Below, piece after piece: positions 49,156-63,305 of a stretch of 64,000 nucleotides of DNA; positions within the stretch are counted from its first letter, which is position 1; each line of letters opens with the position of its first letter. The translations under genes were made by a program, and so were the position numbers. Source of the DNA: Rhizophagus irregularis (lineage: Eukaryota); contig NC_089433.1 in the NCBI RefSeq assembly GCF_026210795.1, positions 1,984,001-2,048,000 of the forward strand. The letters run 5' to 3'. Under the pieces are notes generated by a model. The model was given only the letters and a program-made list of their open reading frames with translations. It was not told where the DNA came from and did no database searches.

Positions 49156-50239
49156 AGGACCCCGAATAATACTGATATAACTCACAAACGGGTTTGCGTA
49201 GAGTTTATATGAAATTACTTTTTAAACCCATAAATTGAGTTTGCGTAGATCGGTCAATTTTGGAATAACTCACATATTACGTTTGCATAGAGTTTATAAA
49301 TATATTGCATTATATGTTGCGCAACACCATTAAGGATGGGTCCGTAATATATTTCTGAAATTTGCAATATTACGGATATGATAATTAATTATATATAGTA
49401 ACAAAAAGTAATGCATTTCGCATTATTTTAATATTTTTTTAATAGAAAAAAAGTGCGAAATGCGCTAGTTTAACAAAAAAAATGGTGGATTTCGCACCAT
49501 TTTATTAACATTTTAATAGAAAAAAGTGTGAAACGCACCATTTTAATAAATAATTGGTGAGTTTCGCACTATTTAATTAATATTTTGATATAAAAAAGTG
49601 CGAAACGCACCATTTTAACAAAAAATGGTGAGTTTCACACCATTTTATTAATATTTTAGTATAAAAAAGTGCAAAACGCACCATTTTAACAAAAAATGGT
49701 GAGTTTCGCACCATTTTATTAATATTTTAGTATAAAAAAGTGCAAAACGCACCATTTTAACAAAAAATGGTGAGTTTCGCACCATTTTATTAATATTTTA
49801 ATAGGAAAAGTGCGAAACGCACCATTTTAATAAAAAAATGGAGAGTTTCGCACCATTTTATTAATATTTTAATAGGAAAAGTGCAAAACGCACCATTTTA
49901 ACAAAAAAATGGAAAGTTTCGCACCATTTTATTAATATTTTAGTATAAAAAAGTGCGAAATGCACTATTTAACAAAAAAATGGAGAGTTTTGCACCATTT
50001 TATTAATATTTTAATAGAAAAAAGTGCGAAACGCACTATTTTACAAAAAAATGGAGAGTTTCACATGATTTTATTAATATCTTAATAGAAAAAATGTGAA
50101 ACGAATTATATTAGTAACAAAAATTTTTTTGAACTAAGATTTGGATTTGCGTAGCATTACTATGAAAAAAAGTTGCGTAGAGTTAATAGTAAATGCATGC
50201 CGATTATTTGTGAGTTATATTAGTATTATTCGGGGTCCT
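49156..50239. mobile_element. Non-autonomous DNA transposon with AGG...CCT ends, 8-bp TSD and internal tandem array of about 70-bp units
   Basis: TIR AGGACCCCGAATAATACT..ATAACTCACAAA; TSD GTTACATA; array at about 49400-50100. Confidence 0.88.
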
Positions 50240-50433
50240 GTTACATATACATCATCAGTGAATCATAATGCGAGCCAAAATCCAATTCTTACCAGCATTA
50301 TGTAAACTCTGGATAGCTAATATATTAAAATGTCATGTGATTTGGATGGAACCTTTATGTTTAGTAACTCTGGCCAAATTCATAGTGTTGACTCAAATTA
50401 ATACCAGTGTAACCTAAAGTATCGGTACATCTT

Positions 50434-53400
50434 CTTTACTAAAAATGGCTATTTTTTTGAAATACTTTTATAATATTCTTATTATACTTTTGCAATACTG
50501 ACATTATTTTGTAATGGTTGAAATTGTTTTTATATATTTCGCAATTAATTACAAAAATTATATCACAAGGGCTAATAAAAGTATTACAAACCATAATTTC
50601 AAAACAATTTAAATATTATGTTGCAATGGTGTTTGTAATTGATTTATTATTAATAATATAATTATAAATTGAAATTATTATGAATTGTATTGCAATATTT
50701 ATAATATTAATATAAAATTGTATTGCAATGGTTTATATATCTTAATATGAAATTGTATTGCAATGGTTTATATATCTTAATATATATGAAATTGTATTGC
50801 AATGATTATATTTTATATGAAATTATATTGAAATGGTAATTGCATTAAACTTTACTACTGAAGACTCCTCTTTTTGTCACTATAAACAGATGGAGAAGCA
50901 GCAATAGCTCTCCTCCTATAGGTACTAAAGACCTCTACCTGTTTACAGAGGAGGGCTTTTCGTAAAGTTATTAGATATATATATATGTGTATATATAAGC
51001 ATATATATATATATCATTAAAAAATTATAAAAAAAAGAATTGGATTTTGGGGGAAAAGGCCTATTTATATAAAATAAAAATCACGTGATCGCGTTATATC
51101 ACGTGATTCATATTAATAATAACTGCGGTTGCGAGCCACAGTTAAGCTTTTTTTTGACTTTTTCCCGCACTTCGTCCTTTCTGATTTTCCCATTTCCTTT
51201 TCTCTCGTTTTTTCCCTCTCCCTTTCCTTCGTTCTCTTTTTCCCCTTCCTTCGTTCTCTTTCCTTTTCTTTCCCTTTTTCCCATACATTCTATTAAACAA
51301 ACTGATCTTTTTTCTAGATAGTTCTACCGGTCTTCCTGGACGCGACATTTTGTAAGTAATTAATTTTTTTGTTTCATTTTTTTATTTTAAAAAATGATTT
51401 TTTAAAAATTCGTTTTTTCTTTTTCTAGATGGTCGGATTGCATTGAATTAGGTAGGAAAGGGGGGAGGTCGGGAGAGTGTATTCTTTCGTATTTTCATTG
51501 ACGAAACATTTATTAAAGTTTCGAGTTTTCTTTTTTTTTTAGACGGTTTTCTGGATTTCTTTGGACGGGCGAGTTTTTTCGGCTTTTTAGTTTGGGATTT
51601 CGGTAAGACAATTTTTTTATTAATTTTTCTATTTTTAACAAACCTTATTAAAGTTCGTTTCTTTTCTTTTTTGGGTCAGACGTTAGTAAGACGTTTTTTT
51701 GAAAAAATATTTTTATTTTAACGAAACAGCTACTAACGTTTCATTTTTTCTTTTGTAGACGGTCAGTCTTAGACGCATGAAATTTCAGTGAGGGGAATTT
51801 TTGGCTTTTGTAAATAATCTTTTTCAACAAAACTTCTAACATTTCGGTTTTCTTCTTTTGTAGGCTCCGGACCTCGGACGCACGCGTAGAAAACTCAGTA
51901 AGGGGAAGGAGGTTTTGTTAATTCTTTTAACGAAACGTTCACTAACATTTCATCTATTCTCTTTTGTAAATTTCGGAAAATTTAACGCGTGGGTATGGGC
52001 AATGGAATTTAAATTAATGGGAATATCAGAACGCTGGTGGGACTGTTCCAGATTTTCAGGTCTTTGGCGCATAGTAGGATTTTCTGACACAAAGAAGAAA
52101 TATAGAACTTTAAAAGCTCGGCTGGGTCTTCAGACGTGTGTGACGCGTGAGTTTTGGTATTTTTGATTTATTTATTTTAACAGACTGTAACTAATAGTTC
52201 GTTTTTTTCTTTTTTTTAGGTTGCTAGCTCTTCGGGTTTCTTTGGATAACTTTGGACGTGTAAGGTTCGTTCGGATTTCACTTTTTTTTCTTTAATTTAT
52301 GCATTTCAACGAAAAGTTCTAACAATTCGTTTTTTTTTTCTTTTCTTTTTTTAGACAGCTAGTATTTTCTGACTTTCCAAGTTTTTGTTTTCAATGACAT
52401 TTCCTTCGGCTTTGATTTCGGATTTTTGGATATGCTGGATATAGGTAGATGTGCTTTTGTCAATTTTTTATTTAACGAAACGAAACATTTACTAACGTTT
52501 CTTTTATTCTTTTTTTTTTATTTTGTAGGAATCTGACTCGAACTTTGAAGAAGTCGAATGCCCTGGTAAGTTTTCATTTCGAAAACTTAGTAAATAAATT
52601 TTTATGTAAAAATTATTTATTGTTTTATTTTCTATTTTGTAGGTGTCCCGTTCTGATTTCAGAAATAGGGATTACTTTTTAAACTTTTTTTCCTATTATG
52701 TGGATTAAAGTATAGACTTTTTTCCTATTACGTTTGTGAACAAGATAATAGTGTTATAAAAAAATATATTCGCGTTTAAAGGAGGGGAAAGGAGAAATGA
52801 AGGATAATAATATTTTTAAAAAGAATGGAGAGGCAAGTTTTCGTTTCAAAAACATTACCTTTTTTTATAATAAGAAGTCATTTTATTAACTTTTTTTTAT
52901 TTTTTTGTAGGAAACCGCTGAAGCACTTTCAAACACTTCTTTTAAAAGCTTTTTTTAAAACAGTTTCTTTCTTTTATAGAACATCTGTAGAGCGGGTAAG
53001 CACTTTTTTAACGAAAATTCCAAATTTCCTTTTTTAAAGACAATATTATTAACTTGTTATTTATTTTTTTTATAGGTCTTCAGCTTTTGATTAATCGTAG
53101 GTATATCTCAGAAGAATTCGGAACATAGGAATTTAACATTTTCTTTTATCTGGTATCAAATCTTAGATTCATTGTTGATTCTGAGTGAGTATCCGAAAGA
53201 TTTAGAAAATAGCCCAAGAAATTTTTTTACCAACATTTTTCTTTTTTTGTAGGAACTTCAGCCCTGGATTCCCAAATAAAATTTCAAAACGCTATTAGAA
53301 ACAGTTTAGCTTTTAGGAATCCTGCTTTCAGGATGAGTGGATGGTAAATTTCGAAGTTTTAACTTCAAAATCTTACTTTTTTAATTAAAGAAACAGTATA

Positions 53401-53907
53401 CTGACCATTTCTTTAACTATTTTGTAGGTTTCGTATTTTAAAGTGGTGGATGCAGTCACGTGAAAGGCGTATGGTGACCTAAATGGTCTAACTGCAGAAC
53501 GTGTACTGGGAAAAATACGATCAGTAGATACTATTACGAATTAGCCATTGGATCAGGATAAATTTTACTATAGTGTTATAAGTGTTATAGTATTTGTATT
53601 AACATTTGTAAAACAATTAAAAATCAATTGAAAATATATTATTACATTTGTATTATAGATTCACTATAAATTCATTATAAATAAATTATAAAGCTATTTT
53701 AAAACTATTACAAAAACTATTACGAAAACAAGTATAAATAATTGCAGAACTATTTCACATTATTTCGCAATGAAATTATAAGCCTAGATAACATGCTTTT
53801 AATAGTTGACGAAATGCATATGAAATGCATTAAAACTATATAAAAATAATATTATCTGTTATAGCTATATCAAAAGCATTTCGAAAAAATAGCTATTTTT
53901 AGCAAAG
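50434..53907. mobile_element. Non-autonomous CACTA/Plavaka-like element
   Basis: TIR CTTTACTAAAAATGGCTATTTTTT/AAAAAATAGCTATTTTTAGCAAAG; 2-bp TSD TT; same end type as the transposase-bearing neighbour. Confidence 0.8.
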
Positions 53908-54331
53908 TTATTATGTATTAATTATAAAGGGGCAAAGAAAAGTATCGGTACATGTTATATCGTGAAACCATATATAATATCGGTACAACGACTTTACTAA
54001 AAATGATACTTTTTTTGACATATATTTGTAGTATTTCTAAATGTCTTACAAAAACCCTACAAGAACATTTTGTTATGCATTACAACCATGTTATCTAGGC
54101 TTATAATTTTGTCTCGACATATTTGATATTATTTCGTAATACATTTTGAAATAGGTTTGAAATAAACTTGAAATATATATTTATTAATTTAGTAGTTAAT
54201 GCATAATAGTTTTACAATGTATTTGTAGTATTTTATTAATTAATTTGAATAATTGCGCAATCTTTTACATAATGGTACTATAAAGTATATAATTACTAAC
54301 TATATAGCAGTATAATAAAAAATATTATGTA

Positions 54332-54804
54332 CAGTCACGTCGGAAAGTATCGCCCGATTCACTATTACATAGTAAATTACATATAAAAAATGAATACTGA
54401 GTTTTAAAATTAAAACAGCTCTTGCATTTTAACCTTCCCAAGGATCAAATATTGTTATTTTAAAGAATATTATATTGGCTTTATAGTGATATAAAATTTA
54501 GAAATAATTAATAAAAGAAATATAAATATATATGCAGCTCATTTTTATATATAAATTTTATTTTTCGGGTCTAAAACATATAAAAAAAAACTTTTTTACC
54601 TTATAAATAATATAGCTCTTGCATTTTAACTTTCCCAAAATTCAAACATCAATATTTCAAAGAATATGGTATTGGGTTTAAAATGATATAAAATTTAAAA
54701 ATGGTTATTAAAAGAAAGTTGAATATGTATATAGCCTGAAATTTTCTATTTTTTATATGTTTTACTATAAAATTTGAATCGGGCGATACTTTCCGACGTG
54801 ACTG
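54332..54804. mobile_element. Tc1/pogo-like MITE in the transposase 3' end
   Basis: Perfect TIR CAGTCACGTCGGAAAGTATCGCCCGATTCA; TA TSD. Confidence 0.92.
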
Positions 54805-57383
54805 TACGTAGTATACATTATTTTCATTATGCTTACCATTATTACAACCTGATTTTCGGCATTGATGTACAAAATGCACATTTGGTTGATGATCTACCCA
54901 TTTAACTACATAAATTCGATGCCATGTTTGATCAGCTGAACGTTGAAGTCTATAACGTGGACAACATAATTTTAAATCATTAGTATTTAATGAAATAAAC
55001 CAATCTAATATTAAGAAAGGAATTTCTAATTGATCTTTGGTATGAAGAAAAATTGCCTGAATTCGTGCATAAGAAATTGTTGTTTTTGCTTCATTTTCTC
55101 TACTATCAGTTGTATCACTTGATACATCTTCTAAAATATCAATAACATCACCAACATGAAGATTTACATTAACTACTTCATCATCATCAACTATAGTATA
55201 GCTAATACTTTTGAAATATTTTACCTTTTGTGATGCAATATGTTCAGTACAATTAAGTTCATCCTGGTATGAACGTTCAAGTTCAGCAAATAGATCATCA
55301 TTAAGAATGCTTTTAAGACCAGCAGTTTGTAAGTCATCTTTTTTGTACATTTCCTGAACTCTTATATTAATATAATTTTTGTCCATGCATGTTATTTGTG
55401 TATCATTATCTCGTTCTAATTCAATTTTTGGTAAAATATACCATGAATCAAGAAGTAAGCGTATACAGTGGTCTTTTGATAATATATTAAAATCAAATTG
55501 TTCTGTTAAATTACACCTTTCATCAGTACCTCCATCTAACAAAAATTGCAAAGTTTGCAAGCAGTTATCACGACGTACAAAGTCCAGTTCAATATTCTTT
55601 TTGTTTGAATGAGGAATGATAGCTTTATATAGTCTATGAACCATTTCTTTCGTAGGTACAGCTATATTTACTAAAGTTGCAAAATTTCTTGCATGCATAA
55701 TAAAATGGCGTTGAATATGAAAATTTGGTAATTGTGCAATATTAGGAAAAATCTAAAATTAAATAAACAGTTATTAATAATTATAAATAAAATATTGCAT
55801 GCAATCAATCTAATAATAAAAATTATATGTTATGCATTCAAATTTTTTGTACATGTGACTTACTTTTGCAACTTGTACAGCCCATTGTACTAAATTTCGT
55901 TGCAAATCGTTGAAACAATTTTCAGAAAATTCTTTGCGAAATACTAAATATACCATTTTAGAAAATGATATCTATAAATTTAGCAATTGATCTATTACGC
56001 GACTTTTTGTGATAGTGCATGCTTTAATTAAATGTTCAATAAATGACTTGTTTAACATTGTAACATTAGATATTGCTCGATTAATAAGAAATGGCATGAT
56101 CATACTTAACCGAAGATAATCAGAAAAAAAGTATGAGCCTAAGTGAGTAATTGGGTTTTGTTGGCAAGATCAAATTAAGGGAAATTCAAAATTACACCAA
56201 GTTTTCAAAAATTTTTCTTCTCCAACTGCAGTTAATATTTCAAAAGTTGCTTGGAACATTTCTCTAGCCATGCCACCCATACAGTGAAATAGGTCGTGTG
56301 GACACTGAAGATGACGATCACGCATAACTTTGTTAAAAATAGAAGGATTTTCTCGAATACCATATTCTGTAGCAAAAAAATCTCGTTCAGTTTAAGTCTG
56401 TGCATTTTTTACATCAGCAATTTGCAACATAGTTTTGTGATGATATCGTCCATGTTTTGCAATATTAAAAAAAATATCATGTAAATCGTTATGATGAATC
56501 ATACAGTTACAGCATCCATAATTTGCATTATGATTCTTTACTCCTGCTTGTTTGTTGCCTTCTGGTAAATCACTAGTAATAACACCCAATCCACCACTTA
56601 CCCACACACGTTGATTATTAATTTCTAATTCATATCCTTTCTCAAGTTCTTGAATATCCTTAATAATTGGCTGAAGTACCTCATCACTTGCGGCTGAATA
56701 AGGGATAAATCCATAAAGAAAATGGTTTTTAAATTTTTGGCGTAAAACCTGCTTCATATTACTAATTTGTAGATAGATTCCACCAATGGCATGATATGCA
56801 TTACGAAATGGGCCAAACTTATCGATGTAAATATCTAAAAAAAATTTGTATATAGGTAAATTAGGTGGAGAATTTTGAATGGTTATATATTCAACAGGAT
56901 GTTGATGTCGTAAATCAATTGGTCTTGTGATCCACCGCCCATTTATATAATACACTATTTCATTTATAAAATACTGATAATTGCTAAGTTCGTTAATATC
57001 ACTTAACCAGATATCTACTTTTGATAAAATATTTATTGGATTAATAATAATTGTGTCATCTGTCATCCATAGACATCCATCATTAGAAGCAGCTTTTCTA
57101 TGTTTAGATTTGAGTACCAAAGGTAACAAACCAAATTCAAAAATACGTTCAATTTTAATACAGGTATCTTGAGTATCATCAACACGTAATATAGAAACAA
57201 TTCTACCATGCATACCATGTTTCATTTGTATCTTTATCACAATACGTGATGAAATTACCAAGAATGTAAACAACTATTAAGAATAATAATATAAATTAGT
57301 AAATTATATAAAGAGTTTTACGTTAATTAGCACATAATATTTACCATCATTTAATTTGAAGCTCATTTCACCAAATAATGGTG

Positions 57384-57672
57384 TAGTGTTTGAAATCGAA
57401 TATATTCGAATATACTCGAGTATTCATTTAAATTTATAAAGTGTATTCGAATAATATTTGAATAAGTTAAATTTCTTTTTATAGTAACGATTTACATAAT
57501 TTTTAGCCTGAATTATGATTTTAACTCAGTTAAATTTAAGGATTTAATGCCCAATTAGAATTTTAACTATACTATATCTGGCTAAATGAATACTCAAATA
57601 ACCACTATGCTTATTCGAATACTCGAATATATTCGAGTTATTCGAATAACTATTACATAATTCCAAACACTA
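57384..57672. mobile_element. hAT-like MITE in a transposase exon
   Basis: TIR TAGTGTTTG/CAAACACTA; 8-bp TSD TAATGGTG. Confidence 0.88.
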
Positions 57673-59092
57673 TAATGGTGATTTATGCCAGAGATCTCCA
57701 TGCCATATTTCACGTTTATTTTCACAATATATCCCTGGCCCAAAGTACATATGCTCATGTAATTATGGATTCGCTAATATACGACAAAGAATATTTTTCA
57801 AAGAAAAAATTAAAGCTTGACCTGCAGATTTAGAGGTAGATGGTGTATTGCGATAATTAAGGTTAACAGGATGGCCTTTAAATGGGAGGAGTGGTAAACC
57901 ATCTCAGTATTTCTTAATAGTTGCAAGTGATAGCAGAACATCTTTTGGATTGAACTTAGAATGTTTAACAATATTTGCAAAATCCCTATATGCTGCTAAA
58001 CCTGATTTTACGAAAAAATAATTAGAAATCACGTTAGTTACATATTTAACAAATTAAATAATTTTTTATTTACTGAAAATTAGTTATATGTTACCTATTT
58101 GATGCTTTGTCACCCACAAAAACAGTAAAAATGTAGTGTAGTTTGGAAAATACGAGCCTGTTGTATTTTTAGAGTAATGATTCTGTTTTTTACTCCCATC
58201 ATACATTTTTTCGTTAAACTCTCCATTTGTGTCTTGGTCATCATCATCATCAGAAATATTATAAAAATCGCCACTATCATTAGGGATATTTAAAAAAATG
58301 TTATTATCATCATAAAGATTATCGCTTTCATTTATAAGAATGTCCTCAAGTTGTAATGGAATCTTGTTTTTTTCATATAAATTCTGAGTTTGCGAGTTAA
58401 TATTGCTTTTTGTGAAAGGGGAAGTTGTACCACTTGAAAAAGCATGATTTGATAGATTTGGACTTTTTGCTCGTATATATTTAGGTTTTTGTAAATGAAA
58501 ATTAGAAGTTTATTGTTGTTGATCAGCTCTAACCTGTCTTAAGAACATTATTTACAAGTTTAAAAAGGTAAAAAAAATTTTCTTAATTTATACATTCCTT
58601 TACTGAATTTTTTTTTCAATTTTTTTTTTTTCAATTAATTCGTCCTGATTTCATAATTCCATACTTATTTTTTATAGTATAACTACGTCACGCTGCGCCA
58701 GCTACAAGATGTATTATGTTGCGTTAAAAAAAAAATTAGCCATATAAGAAAAAAATGCATTAAATAAAAAATTAGCCGTAAGCTTTTAAACTAACCAAAT
58801 AAAGATAAGCAACAGTAACATTAGTAATCACCAACCAACGATTTTTAATTATAAAATCAGGAGACAAAGTAGGCGCAGTACAAACACAGCCTCAGATTAT
58901 TTATATAGGATAATCTAAATAAACATTACCGATCGATATGAATTTTTTTTTAAAAAAAAAGATTAGATTAGTACTTAATAGTTTAATTAAGCTTAAATAG
59001 TTTTAGTAAATGATTAGTAAGACAATAAATATAAATATAATTGAAATTTTTTTAGCAATTAAATATTATTTTTTTTCTTTTATTTATTAAAT

Positions 59093-60606
59093 ATGCCTCG
59101 CCCTTGTAAAAATACAAAACATACTGCAATTACTAGAAATACGCCTCAACCTACTATTAATGAAACTTCTTCAACAACATCTACTGCACCTTCAATTACA
59201 ATACCTTCAGTTACAATTACTGATAATTCCAAGGTAGATGTACTAAGTGATATAGGTAAGCACAACGGTAACTTAGTGAGTATAATTTATAAATAAAATA
59301 TTAATAAATTCACATTTTATAGAAAAAAATGATTTAAATGAGCTAGTTGATAAAAACACGGCAAACTTCTCAAATAAACATAGGAAGCTTAGTAACGGAA
59401 AAAGTATGATATTAGGGTTTGAATTTACTAAGAGTTTTTTTATATAATGTGTATAACTACTAAATAAAACTATAGAAACTGTGGAATGTAATCATCAAGA
59501 AGTTGATAACGTCCTAGTTCATAAACCCTTAGAAATTAGTGATGACGATGATAGTGATACAATTGATGCTACAATCCAACCAGCATCTCCTGTAAATACA
59601 GTGTTATCCAAAGAGACAGTTCCGTTTAAAGTTGATACAGTTTTCTCTACAAAGGACCAGGACTCAGCAGCACTCATAGCATCTCTTGCATTTAACAATT
59701 TTACGCCGATATTTGCTGCATTATTTCAAGCAATGGCTTCAAGTATAATTCCTTCAATTACAGGATCTACAGCTGCGACCACTTCAACAATAACTAATAC
59801 TACGAATAATACAGTTTCAAATAATATAAATATTTTAAATTTTTCATCAAGTAATTTTTTAAATTAAAAATAGTATCTAATAATTTTTCTTTTTATAGAC
59901 TCAACAGTCTCAACTCGCCACATTATTTATCAATGAATCAAAGGTCTTTTTTCTCCATATACGTAAACCAACACCAGAGTTGATTCTATCATTAGCTAGA
60001 GAATGTGCAAGATATCTTGGGATTACTGAATCATTAAAAGCTGGTGATATAAAGAAAAAGGGTTACAGATGGTTTTCAACCTGAAGAGTACGATTGTATG
60101 ACCAATGTGCTGTAATGGCCTTCAAATTTTTAGACTGTTACAGGTAACTTTTTGTATGATCTTTCTTTGATGCGTTATATTAATATTTAATATGGTAATA
60201 AAACTAATTAAATCTTTTTTTATATAGTATAACTATGAATGATCTTTCAAATTCGTCTCACCTTCGTAACTTTGTAAGTACAGATGATATTGCTGACATC
60301 TTTGAGGCACAATTGAAGCAAATCAAAAAGGACCAATTGTTTGAAGATCGCTCTTCTTTAACAATGCTTAAAAATTATTTGGCAGAAGCCATTTTAATTA
60401 TGGTTTATTATTTTGTGTGCAAAAATATTGATTGTACTACATATAACAATGCGTCGAAAATTCGACGTACAGAATGGCGAAGTGCTATATTAATTGATTT
60501 ACATGCTTTTGATCATATGACTGTTGATTTGCATGTTACTTTTGAAAGCGGAATAACAATCGCACAAGACATAAATATTCGTGGTTATATGAATTGGAAC
60601 CATTAA
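59093..60606 (+). pseudogene. Spliced accessory gene of the CACTA-like element, probably decayed
   Basis: Exon-like ORFs at 59093, 59481 and 60235 separated by AT-rich GT-AG introns; divergent from the transposase. Confidence 0.5.
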
Positions 60607-63133
60607 TTACTATAAAAAATGAAGTTATAAGTATATTTAATATTGAAAATTCTATAGTACTACTAGCTTAATATAATTGTATATGCATTGAAGTATTGTA
60701 AATACGTTTATTTCTGAAATAATACATAACCATTGTAATCATAGCAAAATTTATAAAATATATTTCATATTAATTTCAATTTATTTTATTTCGTAATATT
60801 TCTATTATTATTTGTAATCTATTCATAAACTATTTCAAAATGCATCACAAAAATAATACAGATATAATTTATTATTACAAATCAATTTCAATTTATTTTA
60901 TTTCGTAATATTTCTATTGTTATTTGTAACCTATTCATAACAATTTCGAAATGCATTGCAAAAATAATACAGAGATATTTTACTATTACGAAATCATATT
61001 GACTTATTTTATTTTGTAATATTTCTATAACCTATTATAAACCATTTTGAAATACATCACAAAAATAATATAAATATGTTTTACCATCACAAAATCATAT
61101 CATAATTACATAAAATTAATATCAATTTATTTTATTTTGTAATATTTCTATTGTTATTTGTAACCTATTCATAAACAATTTCGAAATGCATTGCAAAAAT
61201 AATACAGAGATATTTTACCATTACAAAGTCATATCATAATTACATAAATACTTCTGAATTATTACCAAAACATTAAAAATATATGCCAAAAAAAGTATCA
61301 TTTTTAGCAAAGGAGATTTTTTTATTAATTGTGAAATGGGACATAGAAAATTTATCAGTATAGGCAATTATCGGTACATAGGATATCGGTATATAGAGGT
61401 CTGACTGTATATGAAAAATGATTAAAAGTTTAAGAAATTTTTTCTAACAGTTTCAAGACATCATTCAGTTTATAATTAATAGGATTTAATAGTAAGAGGT
61501 TCATTGATACACATTAGCTTAAATTCATCATAAACTATACGATTAAAAAGAGAATTCCACTATTTCTTAATCATCACCAATGTTTTCCTTTATGGAAATT
61601 GTTATTGAATAATGAGAATCTGAAGGATATCCAGATATTCTACAATTGAGAATTATTACTGACAAAAAATGAGTTATCATTTACAATTATATTTGTTACA
61701 AAAAAGTACTTTATTACATACCATTAGGTAATTTAATAAATACATAGAGATATTCTTTTTTTGGCTGTGAACTTTTCTAATATTCATTGACCTTATAGAC
61801 TGAAACTAATTCGCTAGAGTCAAAAAAATCTGGTCTTAGCATTAAACTTTATCCAAGTACTATTTCTGTTCACCATAATTTAAGATCATTTGCGCCAAAA
61901 ATAACAATCACGTTTTTCAGCTTTAATAAGTCTCTTAAGATCACCAACCATTTCGTTCAAACTAATTTTAACAGGAAAGGCATTCAATATGCAGTAATAT
62001 AGTAATAGATATCATGAATGCTAAAAGTGATCAACTATCAGATGCAAGGTTTATTAATAGACTGCATACTAAGAATAGACAACTGCAGTCCATCAAATGG
62101 ATTTAATGAGTGAAAAGTTTGTTATCCATATATTTTGTATACTTTGCATGCATGAAAAGCAGGTTGTATTTTGATTAATAAAAATATGATATTATTCTTT
62201 ATATATATGGCAAAAGTATAAATATTGTGTTATTCTATCCTACTGGTTAATCATGTACAATAAAACCATAATAACTCCTACTATCATAATATAATTGTTT
62301 ATACAAAGACTGGACAATAAGTTTAAAGAAGCTGAAAAGTGTATGAATAGAGAGCTATATGAGGATATTAGGAAATAGCTTCTCAAACAGCTTGTAGCCA
62401 TTGGATGTAATAGTAGAGAAATTGCTTTATATCAGTTTTTATGTAACACATATCCAAATGGTATTGACAAACCCTTTACTACATTTTATGAAAACTATGC
62501 AATTCAGACAAGTAGTTCAATGACTAAGAAGTAAGAACTTCGCTTCTTAGGCTTTAGAAGCTATCGGATTAAAAGCTAAAATGTTAAGAATTGACTTTAA
62601 AGAACGTAAAAAAAGTGCTATAATTCTTAGGGCTACTGTGAATGAACTTTGTGAGATTCTTACAAAATACTATTAATTCCTACTTATAGTACTTGGTGGT
62701 CCATACTTTAATACCTTTTATTATTTTTTGTCATTCAGAGAGTGATTAGATTTCAGAACTTTATATCAGGAAAATAATGACTTTATAGTTTTAGCCTTTG
62801 AAGTTTCTGTATTCTCCATATTTCTGTCAACCTCTGTGGCTCATTGTACTTTTGCTAGGAAATTTTGGAAATCTGATTCCAGAGTTTTTCCAGAGAGTCC
62901 ATAAGCTTCCTAAAAAAGATACTTAATATACAGAATCAAGTTCCTTGAAATAGTTTTATAAATTGATGGAAACTCAACTGATGGATTTGATCTATAATAA
63001 TCATTAATTCAAGTATATTGGAATTCTTTATCTAATTTACGCTCAATATATTACTACTAGTTCTTTTAACAATATTTTTCAATCTACAGGTTTTTTTTTT
63101 ATAATATTATTGATTGATTTCACATGCTATATA

Positions 63134-63305
63134 CAGTCAAACCTTGATATAGCAAACCCTTGATATAGTGAATTTTTCAGACAACTATAATAAATTTCCC
63201 CTTATTATAACAAATTAACCAATTAAATCTCTTAAAATCTTTACTATAACCCTATAGTGAAGTTGAGGTCTAGAACCTAGGGTTCGTTATAACAAGGGTT
63301 AACTG
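63134..63305. mobile_element. Small Tc1/pogo-like MITE
   Basis: CAGTCAAACCTTGATATAGCAAACCCT is the imperfect inverse of AGGGTTCGTTATAACAAGGGTTAACTG; TA TSD. Confidence 0.7.

Larger units (their letters stand above)
54299..58548 (-). pseudogene. EnSpm/CACTA-Plavaka-like transposase, spliced, broken by stops and two MITEs
   Basis: WHGDLW; FLDIYIDKFG...GGIYLQISN; TSDLPEGN...GCCNC; HDLFH; removing the MITE restores the C terminus YVHNIFYYTAI*. Confidence 0.8.
53992..61312. mobile_element. CACTA/Plavaka-like DNA transposon, decayed autonomous copy
   Basis: TIR CTTTACTAAAAATGATACTTTTTTTG/CAAAAAAAGTATCATTTTTAGCAAAG; 2-bp TSD GA; transposase plus a divergent second gene; subterminal repeats at about 60770-61250. 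Confidence 0.85.
49084..61407. mobile_element. Tc1/pogo-like MITE (about 430 bp) expanded to 12.3 kb by nested insertions
   Basis: TIR CAGTCGGACCTCTATGTACCAATA versus CAGTCAGACCTCTATATACCGATA; TA TSD. Confidence 0.8.

Noticed and set aside
54649..54804. C-terminal extension of the 349-aa ORF
   Set aside because: It is read-through into an inserted MITE; the original end lies at about 54299-54331.
61450..63100. Degenerate coding-like sequence
   Set aside because: Too many stops to assign a family by eye.
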